A DNA stretch of 55,974 bases, counting the filler, from Candidatus Tectimicrobiota bacterium (GTDB taxonomy: Bacteria; JACPUC01): assembly GCA_016192455.1 (NCBI GenBank). It is 3 parts of 3 records of this genome, joined end to end, with 100 filler letters (N's around TTAATTAATTAA, not from the genome) between each part and the next. Parts side by side here need not be neighbours in the genome. Positions count along the whole stretch, not along the records: positions 1 to 26,799 come from JACPUC010000005.1; 2 more parts are not named here. The stretch is one strand, 5' to 3'. Position numbers and translations under genes: made by a program. The notes below the pieces were generated by a model that saw nothing but the letters and a program-made list of their open reading frames with translations, searched no databases and was not told where the DNA came from. Below are positions 11,379 to 25,377 of this stretch, one piece after another. Position 1 is the stretch's first letter. Each line of letters starts with the position of its first letter.

Positions 11379-11876
11379 ATGGCCTACATGATTCAGATCG
11401 GCGAGCAGGTGCACCGCGTCGAGGTGCGCCAGGGTGAGGCTGGCATGGCCGTCGACATCGACGGCCAGCGCTCGGTCATTGACGTGGTCCCCGGCGCAGG
11501 GCGCGTCTACTCGCTCATCGTCGACGGCAGATCGTACGTCATCGACGTGCAGGAGCTGGGCGAGCAGCGGCAGGTGCATGTGAACGGCCTGGCCCTGGTC
11601 GTCGACGTCATCGACGAGCAGCGGCGCCGGCGGCATGGCGCCTCGGGCGGCGGCTTCGAGGGTGAGCAGCTCATCTCCTCCGCCATGCCGGGGAAGGTTG
11701 TGAAGATCCTCGTCGAGGTCGGCCAGCAGGTTACCAAGGGCCAGGGCGTCATCGTCATCGAGGCGATGAAGATGGAGAACGAGCTGAAGGCGCCGCGCGA
11801 CGGCGAGGTGAAGCAGATTCTCGTGCAGGAAGGGCAGGCGGTGGAAGCGCGGGCCGGCCTGCTCCGCATCGAGTAG
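11379..11876 (+). CDS. Biotin carboxyl carrier protein
   Basis: MPGKVVK...EAMKMENE biotinylation motif. Confidence 0.92.
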   Translation: MAYMIQIGEQVHRVEVRQGEAGMAVDIDGQRSVIDVVPGAGRVYSLIVDGRSYVIDVQELGEQRQVHVNGLALVVDVIDEQRRRRHGASGGGFEGEQLISSAMPGKVVKILVEVGQQVTKGQGVIVIEAMKMENELKAPRDGEVKQILVQEGQAVEARAGLLRIE

Positions 11877-12090
11877 CCGGCGGGGCGACCACGACGCCAG
11901 GTGCGCGGCGAAGCTGGAGCGCGGGCGTCCCCCCCGCAGCGAGCCTCCAACAGCGGCGCGGGGGGAGAGCTGCAAAGCGCCCTGCGGCGGCCTATCCTTA
12001 CAGGTGAAGGAGCCTCCATCCGGTCCCAGGGGCCGAACAAAGAGTCTGTTGCGCAGGGTGGGGAGAGCGCCTCGAAGAGGGGATGCTGCC

Positions 12091-13677
<1,587 letters not shown>

Positions 13678-13787
13678 TGGGATAATGAGCCGGTATCTCA
13701 TTCCCCCATCTCCCGCGAGCCGCGCAGCATCTCGCGTAGATGGGGTGCGCGAGGGGGCAGTGCTCCCTCGCAAGAAAACTCATTTAG

Positions 13788-16472
<2,685 letters not shown>

Positions 16473-16520
16473 TGGAAGGTTTCTTGTGGTGGATCATTGC
16501 TCCCCCACGCCCCCTGTTCC

Positions 16521-16548
16521 GTAGGGGCGGTTCGCGAACCGCCCCTAC
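16521..16548. repeat. GTAG-type REP-like palindrome (copy 2)
   Basis: Perfect 28-bp palindrome GTAGGGGCGGTTCGCGAACCGCCCCTAC between convergent genes. Confidence 0.88.
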
Positions 16549-16619
16549 AAGACGGGGCGCGCGGGGACAAGGTCCCCAGGCGGGAGATCAACGATGTAAG
16601 ACTCTTCCACCCTTCCTCC

Positions 16620-18644
16620 TCACCCCACCCTCTCCACCTCCACGAGACAGTCGTAGAACGTCGCGCCGTGGTTCATGTCGGTGGGCGCGTCGGAGGTGAG
16701 GAAGTTCGTCGTCACCCCGTCCTTGCCGATCCACAGACCCGATTCCAGGTTCACGACCCCCGGCTTCATGGCGTCGTCGAGCTTCACCGGCAGGGTGATG
16801 CTGCCGCGATCGTTGAAGACGCGGGCGCGAGCGCCGTCGGCGAGGCCGCGCGCCGCCGCGTCCAGGGGGTGGATGCGGAGGGCTGCCTGGCCGGAGACGC
16901 GGCGCAGCTTCTCGTCGTTGTTCCACTGCGAGTGGATGCGGTGCTTCGGCTTCGTCGAGAAGAACTGCAGCGGGTAGCGCGCCGCCAGGTCGGGCGACGC
17001 GCCGCGGCTCTCCGCCGGCGGCCGGAAGCGCGGCAGCGGGTCCACCTGCCAGAGCTCCGCCGCTTGTCGGCTGAGCAGCTCGATCTTGCCGCTGGGCGTG
17101 TCGAAGCGGCCGTTGGCGAAGGGGATCGCCTCCGCCGTGGAAGGCAGCACGGCCCCCTGTTCAAGCCTCGCCAGGCTGATGTCGGCCGGCAGCGAGCGCT
17201 CCAGCACCTCCCGCACGTCGAGCTCGAAGTACTTCATCGGCAGGTCGAGGCGGCGCGCCAGCTCGCCGTAGATGCGCAGCTCGCTGCGGCATTCCCCCGG
17301 CGGCTCGATGACCTGCGGGCGGTACTGCAGGTAGGGGTGCCAGTAGCTCGCCAGGAGGTCGGCCTCCTCGAACATCGTCTTGGCCGGCAGCACGATATCC
17401 GCCAGGGCGGCCGTATCGGTCATGAACTGCTCGATCACCACCGTGAAGGGGATGGCGCGGAAGGCCGCCAGGACAGCGCTCGTATCCGGGTTCTGCGTCA
17501 CCGGGCTGGCGCGCTCGACGAGGCAGGCGGCGATCGGCGGATCGGTAGCGGCGAGGGTGGTGCGGCCCAGGGCCGCGCGCCCGCCAAGGGGCCGGATGCG
17601 CTCCCCCGCCGGCGGCTGCGGCAGGCCGTTGCCGTAGACGTAGCTGGCGCGGTTGGCGTAATCCAGGCCGCCGCCGGGGATGCCGATGTTGCCGGTGATC
17701 GCCGCCAGCGCGGCGATGGCGCGCACCGTCTGGCCGCCGTTCGTGTAGCGCTGGATGCCGAAGCCGACGTTGATGTTGGCTGGCCGCCGCGTGGCGTAGT
17801 GGCGCGCCAGCTCGCGGATGGTCGCCGCCGGTACGCCGGTCGCCGCGGCGGACTCTTCCGGGACGTACTCCCGGACCATCGCCGCGAACGCCTCGAAGCC
17901 CTCGATGCGCTGTCGGCAGAAGGCTGCATCGTGCAACCCCTCCGCGAGGATGACGTGCGCCATGGCGAGGGCCAGGGCGCCGTCGCTGCCGGGGTTCGGC
18001 TGGATGTGCCAGGTGGCGCGCGCCGCGGTCTGCGTGCGCAGCGGGTCGATGACGATCAGGCTGGCGCCGCGGCGCACCGCCTCGAGCAGGAACGGCATTT
18101 GGTGCTGGTTGGTGGCGGCGGCGTTCTTCCCCCACAGGATGATGCAGCGGCAGTTGCGGTAATCCTCCGGCGGCTGGTGGGTGAGGCGGCCGAAGGTGAG
18201 GCGGCAGGCCTCGATGCCGGCGGGCCAGCAGAGATCGCCGTAGTGGTAGGAGTAGCCGCCGTACAGGTTGAGGAAGACCGTGCCGATGCCCGCCATCACC
18301 CCCTTCATGCCGGTGCCGGTGCAGTAGAGGAGGGCCTCCGGGCCGTAGCTCTCGCGCACGGTGATGAGCCGCTCGGCGATGCGGTCGAGGGCTTCCTCCC
18401 AGGAGATGGGCCGCCACTGCCCGGCCCCGCGCTCGCCGTCGGCCAGCAGCGGATGCAGGAGGCGCTCGGAGCTGTAGACGCGTTCGACGTAGCGGTAGCC
18501 CTTCGAGCAAAGGCGCCCCTGCGTCGCCGGATGGCTGGGGTCGCCCGTCACCTTGAGCAGGCGGCCGTCCTCGACGTGCGCCAGCATGCCGCAGCCGGAG
18601 TAGCAGTTGCGCGGGCAAACGGTGCGGATGACCTCGCGTGACAT
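16620..18644 (-). CDS. Molybdopterin (bis-MGD) oxidoreductase catalytic subunit, substrate unknown
   Basis: CPRNCYSGC...LCSKG [4Fe-4S] motif, ISWEEALD, PGSDGALA, ADIVLPA, TPSGKIEL, C-terminal molydop-binding domain; no Tat signal. Confidence 0.9.
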   Translation of the reverse strand: MSREVIRTVCPRNCYSGCGMLAHVEDGRLLKVTGDPSHPATQGRLCSKGYRYVERVYSSERLLHPLLADGERGAGQWRPISWEEALDRIAERLITVRESYGPEALLYCTGTGMKGVMAGIGTVFLNLYGGYSYHYGDLCWPAGIEACRLTFGRLTHQPPEDYRNCRCIILWGKNAAATNQHQMPFLLEAVRRGASLIVIDPLRTQTAARATWHIQPNPGSDGALALAMAHVILAEGLHDAAFCRQRIEGFEAFAAMVREYVPEESAAATGVPAATIRELARHYATRRPANINVGFGIQRYTNGGQTVRAIAALAAITGNIGIPGGGLDYANRASYVYGNGLPQPPAGERIRPLGGRAALGRTTLAATDPPIAACLVERASPVTQNPDTSAVLAAFRAIPFTVVIEQFMTDTAALADIVLPAKTMFEEADLLASYWHPYLQYRPQVIEPPGECRSELRIYGELARRLDLPMKYFELDVREVLERSLPADISLARLEQGAVLPSTAEAIPFANGRFDTPSGKIELLSRQAAELWQVDPLPRFRPPAESRGASPDLAARYPLQFFSTKPKHRIHSQWNNDEKLRRVSGQAALRIHPLDAAARGLADGARARVFNDRGSITLPVKLDDAMKPGVVNLESGLWIGKDGVTTNFLTSDAPTDMNHGATFYDCLVEVERVG

Positions 18645-18911
18645 GGGATAGATTCCTTGCCGCGGTCTTGCCGGTGGAGCGCCGCGGCGGTTGATCGAGA
18701 GGAGTGGCCGGCCTCCGCGCCGTGGAAAGCCAGGAGGAGCGGCTGCTGCGGGCTGGATGCGCTCGAGGGGTCGCAAGGAAGCGAGGTCGGCTGGAAGTGC
18801 GTGCGCGTCGGCGTCAGGAGGCGTATCGCAGACCGCAGCCCCAGGCCGGCGTCGCCGCGAAGCTCAGGGCGATGGCCGCTTCGCAGGTCGTCCCGCCGGG
18901 CAGTGCGAGTC

Positions 18912-18993
18912 ATGTACAGTATCTGCAACGCCGCGGGCACGTCAAGGTGTTGCATCGTGGAGGGTCGGCGGACCTTTCTTGCACTGGGCTGGG
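18912..18993 (-). repeat. Left copy of a degenerate direct repeat with a sigma70-like promoter on the minus strand
   Basis: Core CGTCAAGGTGTTGCATCGTGG (18940-18960); minus strand reads TTGACG-N18-TACTGT. Confidence 0.6.
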
Positions 18994-19236
18994 AAGGAGG
19001 CGCTGCTTTTCGCCCGCGGCACCGAGGGCAGGCGTTGTTGCTGCGGCGAGCGCGACCTCGGTGCGAGCGCCTTGCAGCGCTCTACGTTCTGGAAAAAGGC
19101 CAACCTACATCAGCACGCGGCGGTGGCCGTCAAACTACTTATGATGTGTGCGTATGGGCAGGCGAAAAGCGGCAAGATAGGCTCGTTCGCAGTCGTAGGA
19201 GGAGGCATTTCTCACTGCCTACAACCTGAGGCGTCT

Positions 19237-19839
19237 TCAGGCGGCCACCCTGTGAATGGCCTCACACACTGTAGAAACGAAGTCAATCGCCTCTTCGACC
19301 ATCTTCGAATCGATTGGCCACCTGGAACCCGGATAGCTCGGATCGATATCTGCCTCGTGAGCAATCTTGTTGCGGCGATCCACCAAGAGGTTAATTCTCG
19401 TTTTCACATTCTGTGGCTTATCGTTTAACTCTTGACTTACCAAGTTCCATAATTCAATGTCAGAAAACAATCTCACAGCATCAGCGATCTTGTCAGGATG
19501 TTGAAAAGATAAAAAGCTATGCTTTGTCCGAATCTCTGTATCGAGCCATGCCGTTCCCGAAGTGCCGCTCTTTATGAGTAACGTACTCTCAAGTGAGATA
19601 CCGAACTTGAGAAACGCAGGCGTTGGATTCCTTTTTCCTTCATATGCCTGAACCATGCCAAGTCTTGAAAGCTCGTGAATGTAATGATCAAGAGCACTCA
19701 CGACCATGACAATTTCTGCGCGCAATAAGTCCGACAAGTCAAGCGCTTTGGTGACCATCGTCGACATGCTGAGATAAATAGCACGCATGTTACGTACCCG
19801 CTCAAGATTCTGCCGAAACTGATCAAGCGCGTGCTGCAT
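19237..19839 (-). CDS. HEPN-domain protein (RiboL-PSP-HEPN-like), putative RNase
   Basis: VSALDHYIHE N-terminal motif and R-x4-H motif RNKIAH; AT-rich; start overlaps the end of the upstream ATPase gene. Confidence 0.75.
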   Translation of the reverse strand: MQHALDQFRQNLERVRNMRAIYLSMSTMVTKALDLSDLLRAEIVMVVSALDHYIHELSRLGMVQAYEGKRNPTPAFLKFGISLESTLLIKSGTSGTAWLDTEIRTKHSFLSFQHPDKIADAVRLFSDIELWNLVSQELNDKPQNVKTRINLLVDRRNKIAHEADIDPSYPGSRWPIDSKMVEEAIDFVSTVCEAIHRVAA

Positions 19840-20881
19840 GGTCGACGATCCCAATCACGCGATTCGCGGCCTGGGAAAAAAGCTCCCTGAATTTCTCCAT
19901 AGAAGATTTGGTAGTTTGCAGCACCACACCCTGTTGATCAAGCTGCTCATCAGTAAGGGCGAACACAGGCACTTGGTGCTCCTGTGACCGAGCAATCAGT
20001 GAATTGAAGTCTGACATTTGCAGCAATGGCTGTTCCGGTTCAAATCCAACCGCCGCGTAAACGTTAGGTGGCAACAACATATCGGCCTTTGCTAATGCAG
20101 GCAGGAGACGTTCCCTTAATCCCCTCTCAAGCTCATCTATCCACTTTTGAAACGCCTGCGCGGGCACCTTCCCCTTCTGAAGACGGTACCTCTGAATGAT
20201 ACTTCCCATAAATTTTGGTGACAACTTTGGCAAAGGATAGTCCGCTTCTATAAGAACACGATATTCGCGTGCAGACTCCGCCCATTTACGCCATTTAGGA
20301 AGAATGGTGGCCAACGACTCGATTCCCATAGTTGAGAAGTAATCCGGGTGCATCGGAACAAGAAAAAAGTCGCTTGTCATCAGCACGTTTTGGTTAACTG
20401 GGCCAAGACTTGGACTGAGGTCAATAAATACGTAATCAATGTTGTTGGCCGCCGCAGTCACGTCTATTAGATGACGAAGCGATCCCGGTAAGTTACGGAG
20501 CGTAACAACCGATCCCGAAAGTTCCTGCGCGATTGCAAGTGTCACCTCATACTCGGCAAGGCCAACATGCCCGGGAAGTAACATTAGATTGTCGTTTCCT
20601 GGCACTGCGAGGCATTCAACTGCCTGAATCGGTGTAGGTCGTGATTCAAAGGCGGGAGACAACCCATCACGGATGTTCTTCGGCTCTTGATTGCCGACAA
20701 TAGCCTGTAGATCTTCAAGCTTCTTGTATCCGAGAACCATGCCGGTGAGATTGCACTGTGGATCGCAGTCGACGAGCATAACACGCTTTTCTTTAGTGGC
20801 AATCATCCATCCAAGGTTGAAGGTTGTTGTGGTCTTACTTACTCCGCCCTTGTGATTGAACAAGCAAATTACAGTAGCCAT
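19823..20881 (-). CDS. ParA/Soj-family (AAA_31-like) ATPase
   Basis: FNHKGGVSKTT deviant Walker A, VDCDPQCNLT, IDLSPS; GGAG RBS before ATG 20881. Confidence 0.9.
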   Translation of the reverse strand: MATVICLFNHKGGVSKTTTTFNLGWMIATKEKRVMLVDCDPQCNLTGMVLGYKKLEDLQAIVGNQEPKNIRDGLSPAFESRPTPIQAVECLAVPGNDNLMLLPGHVGLAEYEVTLAIAQELSGSVVTLRNLPGSLRHLIDVTAAANNIDYVFIDLSPSLGPVNQNVLMTSDFFLVPMHPDYFSTMGIESLATILPKWRKWAESAREYRVLIEADYPLPKLSPKFMGSIIQRYRLQKGKVPAQAFQKWIDELERGLRERLLPALAKADMLLPPNVYAAVGFEPEQPLLQMSDFNSLIARSQEHQVPVFALTDEQLDQQGVVLQTTKSSMEKFRELFSQAANRVIGIVDHAARA

Positions 20882-21251
20882 GGCATTATCTCCGGGAAGT
20901 AAACTGACTCGGAACGAAAACGTCACGTTCTCGAATCAGTGCATGTTGCACCTATGCTTCACTGACCCGCCTTCATTGTCGAATCCAATGCCGGATTAAG
21001 CCTGTATCTCGATGATAATCGGCGACTTCACCTCTAGAAGATGTACCAACTACAATGCCGTCGCTTCAAAGAAACCGGAAATCTTCTTCCTGGGTTCCGG
21101 TACACAACTTGATGGTGCCCTAGAATTGGTGCATAGTTGCTTGTGGCACGTTTCTATTGTTGGCGGTAGGGTTGTTTGTTAAAGTCCCCTCCGCAGGGTG
21201 AACCGTCACAGACAGTCCGAGCCCCGGTATCCCGAGGCTTCGGCCTGTCGC

Positions 21252-21332
21252 TCGTACGATACTTGAAACACGTAGCTTTCGTCAAGGTATTGCATCGTGG
21301 TCGGTTGGCAGGCTATCTTAGCACGGGGTGGG
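21252..21332 (-). repeat. Right copy of the degenerate direct repeat with promoter-like sequence
   Basis: Core CGTCAAGGTATTGCATCGTGG (21280-21300), 20/21 identical to 18940-18960; minus strand reads TTGACG-N18-TATCGT. Confidence 0.6.
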
Positions 21333-21436
21333 CACGCGGCAGGGAGGTTCGGCGCCGAGACTGCGGCTGCTAGCACGGCGCGGCGGCGCGGCGGCCCGGA
21401 GCGAGGCGCGGCTGGCGGCAGCGAGAGGAGGCATCA

Positions 21437-22228
21437 ATGGCGTGGAAGATCTTCTCCGACATCCATGGGGCGTACGAGGCGGTGATCGCGCAGCTCGCCC
21501 CGGATGATACCGCCTTCCTCCTGGGGGATTACCTCGATCTCCTGGAGTTCGAGCAGCTCGAAGGGATCGTGCCCGACTTGGTGGGGCGGAACGCCGTCGG
21601 CGAGGCGCTGCGCAAGGCGCAGGCGGGCGAGCCGGGCGAGTTTCGGGCCCTGGTGCGGGCCACGCTCCATCCCGGCGGGGAGCACTTCGAGGCCCTGCTG
21701 GGGCGCGCCGCCGGCGAGTATGACCGCTGCCTGGCAAGCCTCCCCTGTCAAAGCTACATCCTGCACGGCAACACCGATTTCCCCGACCTGGTGCGGCAGC
21801 GCTGCAACGGCACGGTGGCGTTTGTGGACGGCCGCAGCATCGAGGTGGACGGCACGCGCGTCGGCTTTGTCGGCGGGTGCCTGCAAACCCCTCATGCCCT
21901 GGCGGGCGAGGAGGAGACAAGCGCCTACGAGGCGAAGTTCGACGCGCTGGGCCAGGTGGACGTCCTCTTCATGCACATCCCGCCGGACCTGCCCGACATC
22001 ACCTACGACGTGAAGGCGCGGCGCAAGGAGGCGTGCAGCAAACGCGCCGTCGAGTACCTGCGCGACGTGCAGCCGGCGTTCGTCTACTTCGGGCACGTGC
22101 ACAACCCGCGCAGCCACACCGCCACCCTGGGCCGCACCCAGATCACCAACGTCGGCTACTTCCGGCGTCACCAGCGCGCCACCATCCATTGGCGAGGCCG
22201 CGGGCGAGCCACGGAGGCCGGAAGGTAG
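21437..22228 (+). CDS. Calcineurin-like metallophosphoesterase
   Basis: SDIHG, GDYLD, GNTD, HIPP and GHVH motifs; GAGGAGG RBS. Confidence 0.88.
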   Translation: MAWKIFSDIHGAYEAVIAQLAPDDTAFLLGDYLDLLEFEQLEGIVPDLVGRNAVGEALRKAQAGEPGEFRALVRATLHPGGEHFEALLGRAAGEYDRCLASLPCQSYILHGNTDFPDLVRQRCNGTVAFVDGRSIEVDGTRVGFVGGCLQTPHALAGEEETSAYEAKFDALGQVDVLFMHIPPDLPDITYDVKARRKEACSKRAVEYLRDVQPAFVYFGHVHNPRSHTATLGRTQITNVGYFRRHQRATIHWRGRGRATEAGR

Positions 22229-22464
22229 CACTCGCCCGCCTCCATCGCTTCACGACGTACCGGCAGTGCTGCAACCGAAAGAGCAGGCTTGCAGCGCGGC
22301 AGCAGTGCTCCCTCGCGCCTCCCCCTCAACCTAGACAGCGCGCACCAAGCCGCGGCGGCCAGCGCTACGTCGCACAAGTTCCATCCGTAGTTCGACGCCT
22401 TCTTCGTGCCATATGGGGAAGAAGTTCTTGTGGGGGACCCTTGCTCCCCCAAACCTCTTGGTCC

Positions 22465-22492
22465 GTAAGGGCGGTTCGCGAACCGCCCCTAC
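22465..22492. repeat. GTAG-type REP-like palindrome (copy 3)
   Basis: GTAAGGGCGGTTCGCGAACCGCCCCTAC, one mismatch to the consensus. Confidence 0.85.
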
Positions 22493-22598
22493 CAGCCGGG
22501 GTGCGCGAGGGGGCGAGGCTGCCTCGCAAATCTCTTCGCTCTCATTTGAGAAACAGCACACCAGTTCCTGGTCATGCCGGGCTCGCGCGCGCCGCAGC

Positions 22599-23486
22599 CT
22601 ACGTCCAGCAGAGCGTCTCATCACACTGGCGCAGCTCGGCTTCAAACCCAGTCAGGTTCTCGCCCAGGATGCGCTGGCGTTTCATGGTGGCGCGTTCGAA
22701 GGCGGCCAGGTAGAGGGCGCGCATATCGGCCTCCCAGCTCCGGTCGTCACCGTTCCAGGTGAAGGGGAGATCGACGATCGACCCCGGTTCGCTGAAGCGG
22801 CTCAGCGTCGCAAGGAAGGCACGGAGCACGGCGCGCTGGTTGGCTGGGTCGTTGGGCCGCCCCGCGGTATTGCCGAGGGGGTAGTCGAGGAAGACCGTGC
22901 GCGGCGGCTTCACCTTCATGGCGATGTCGCGCGCCAGACCGAGGTAGAGAGTGGGAATGCCGGCGGCTTCGACGACGCGGGCGACCAGTCCCACGGACTG
23001 GTGGCACGCCGGTCAGAGCGGGAAGCAGCAGAGGAGGTCCACCCCCTGGCGCTGCAGCTCCTTGGCGATGGCCGGGCCGAACTCCTGGGTGACCTTGTCG
23101 TAGAGCTTGATCGGCCCCACCATGGAGATGTGCTCGTCGGCGAGGCGGCCGATGATCCGCTCGGCCTCGAACTGGCGGAAACGCTCCAGGGGGAAGACGA
23201 CGTTCACGTCCGCGTGGCCAGGCTGGCGCACCGGCGTGGGGTGCGAGGGGGTCAGCGCGGCGGCCGGCGTGTCGCGGTGGATGAGACGGTAGACCATGTC
23301 GTTCGGCGGGTTGAAGGGAGGGTCCGTCTTCAGGTGCACGCCGGCGCTGCCGAGGATGGCCACGGTGCACCGCGCGAGTGGTTTGCGCAGCGGGGTCCAG
23401 GGGCTGTCGTCATGCTCCCACCAGGGCAAGGGGGGCAGCGGGGCGCTCGCCTCGTCAACGAGGTCGATGTATCGGAAGAAGGCCAT
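22599..23486 (-). CDS. PrdB/GrdB-like (glycine/sarcosine/betaine/proline reductase B family) selenoprotein, 295 aa with Sec
   Basis: ORFs 23013-23486 and 22599-22994 are in frame across TGA 23013-23015, giving FPL-U-PACHQSVGLVARVVEAAGIPT (UxxC). Family-like motifs SAGVH, DVNVVFPLERF and PRTVFLDYPLG. Confidence 0.85.
22980..23012 (-). promoter_or_regulatory. Bacterial SECIS-like hairpin
   Basis: UGA, then 10 nt, then ACCAGUCC-GUG-GGACUGGU; a lower GGCG/CGCC stem is possible. Confidence 0.75.
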
Positions 23487-23676
23487 GAGGTTCCTCCTCC
23501 TAAGTGCGGGTCTGTTGAGGTTTCCCTTGTCACTATACAGGAAGTAGAGTCTCGCTGCGAAAGGCGCGGCTCCATCGTCTGCTTGAGGGGCAGTTCCCCA
23601 TGGGCCTCCGGCCCACCCGCAAGGTCATGAAAAGAAGCGGACACTTCTTTCTCGGTAACCTTTCATCCCATCGACC

Positions 23677-23704
23677 GTAGGGGCGGTTCGCGAACCGCCC
23701 CTAC
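23677..23704. repeat. GTAG-type REP-like palindrome (copy 4)
   Basis: Perfect GTAGGGGCGGTTCGCGAACCGCCCCTAC. Confidence 0.88.
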
Positions 23705-23800
23705 ATCGGGATGCAAGGAACCGCGGCTGAACGCAGAGTCAGGAGGATCTCGGTGTGCCTCCGCGTCCCCCTGCGGTTCCTTCCCCTACCTTCCCCGCGC

Positions 23801-23857
23801 CCTCTGCGTCTCCGCGGTGCACTCTATTGAACCGCGGAGGCGCAGAGGACGCAGAGG
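23801..23857. repeat. CGCAGAG-type inverted/tandem repeat
   Basis: CCTCTGCGTCTCCGCGGT (23801-23818) pairs with ACCGCGGAGGCGCAGAGG (23831-23848), followed by another ACGCAGAGG unit. Confidence 0.65.
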
Positions 23858-23969
23858 CGAAGGAGACTGGCCGCGCGAACGTCAACCTCGCCATCACAAG
23901 CAATCAATTACGTAGGGGTTCTTCCCAAACAAGAGGCTGCGCGAGGGCCGGGGAGGGGCCGGCGGCGCG

Positions 23970-25217
23970 CTACGCCGTGGCGCGGGCGGCGAGGGCGCGG
24001 AAATCTTGGCGCTCGAAGAAGAGCGAGGCGAGGAGCCCGCCGAGAATGCCCCAGAAGGGCGCGCCGATGTTGTAAATCGTCAGATTGGAGATAGTGATGA
24101 GGAAGGCGACGAAGGCGCCCGCCTTGAAAGGTCCGCGGAAGGCCTCGAGGAACGAGCTGATGAGCACGCTCACCAGCGCCAGCCCGCCCAGCAGGCTCAC
24201 CAGCGCCAGCGGCAGGATGCGCGCGATGGACGCCGCCACGGGCGAGAAGAGGCCGAAGAAGAACCACATGCCGCCGGTCACCAGGCTGGCGACGTAGCGC
24301 GCTTCCGGCGGTCCGCTCGTCGGCTGCGCGTTGATGGCGTTGGTGGGGCCGGTGACACACGCCGACGGCGCGCCGAAGAGCCCTTGGATGGTGCCGGCGA
24401 TGCCGCAGGTCATCGTCATCGAGTTCACGGGAGGCTCGTAGCGCGCCGCTTTCAGCACCGTGATGCCCTGGATGTTGTGGACCGCCGCCACTGACAGGAA
24501 GAGCGGGATGAGGAGCTCGACCTGCGACGTCAGGGTGAAGCGCGGCGCGACGAACACCGGCCGGCCGATGCTGAGCGAGGCCAGCTCCCACTTCGCAAAC
24601 CCGGCGAGGCTCGCCGCCAGGAGGCCGGCCAGGATGGCCCCGAACATCGGCGGCACGTGGCGGGAGAGGCGCTGGGAGCTGGAGAGAACCGCGTAGACCA
24701 GGACCGTCACGGTGGCGATGAGCGGCAGCGGCGTGAAGGTGCGGATGATGTTTACGCCGAACGGCAGGAAGACGCCGGCCACCATGCCCATGGCGATCGG
24801 CAGGGGCAGCCGCTCCATCAGCGGGCGAATGAGGCCGGTCACCCCGAGGACGAAGAGGAGCGCCGCCGTCGTCAGGTAGACCCCCACCACCTCGTCGAAC
24901 CCCATGTGGGTGAGGGCCACGCCGACAAGCACCGTGCCGGGCATGGTGAAGGCGGTGGAGGTGGGCTGGCGGTAGTAGAGCGCCTGCAGGAAGGTCACCA
25001 CCCCGGCCAGGCCATAGCCCATGAAAATCCAGGAGGAGACGAGGGCGTGGCTGAGGTTGCCCTTCTGCGCCGCCGTCAGCACCAGGAGGAGCGGCCCGGT
25101 CATGCCGAAGAGCGCCGACACGAAGCCGTTGGCGAGGTTGCCGCGCGTGGCGCAGCGGGGGAGGTCGCGGAGGCTGGCGAGGAGGCCCGGGCCGCGTTCA
25201 ACGATCATCGGAGACAC
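23970..25217 (-). CDS. BenE-like benzoate/H+ symporter family transporter
   Basis: Many TM helices; [32 protein letters not shown] and IGAPFWG motifs. Confidence 0.8.
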   Translation of the reverse strand: MSPMIVERGPGLLASLRDLPRCATRGNLANGFVSALFGMTGPLLLVLTAAQKGNLSHALVSSWIFMGYGLAGVVTFLQALYYRQPTSTAFTMPGTVLVGVALTHMGFDEVVGVYLTTAALLFVLGVTGLIRPLMERLPLPIAMGMVAGVFLPFGVNIIRTFTPLPLIATVTVLVYAVLSSSQRLSRHVPPMFGAILAGLLAASLAGFAKWELASLSIGRPVFVAPRFTLTSQVELLIPLFLSVAAVHNIQGITVLKAARYEPPVNSMTMTCGIAGTIQGLFGAPSACVTGPTNAINAQPTSGPPEARYVASLVTGGMWFFFGLFSPVAASIARILPLALVSLLGGLALVSVLISSFLEAFRGPFKAGAFVAFLITISNLTIYNIGAPFWGILGGLLASLFFERQDFRALAARATA

Positions 25218-25377
25218 TTTCGGGAAGCGCAGGTGGCATCTGCAGCGCGGCTACGATACCATGAGCGGCAGCAGGAATCTAGGCTGCGGCAATGGTGCGC
25301 ACCCCTCGCCTGGAGCCCGCGGGGCTGAACCTGGGGAGGGCGCCGTGGCGCGGACTCAAGGTTGATGGAGTAGAACT

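Noticed and set aside
11880-12090. Possible cobalamin or glycine riboswitch upstream of the mutase gene
   Set aside because: Only isolated GGAGAG words; the conserved cores of either riboswitch are not recognisable.
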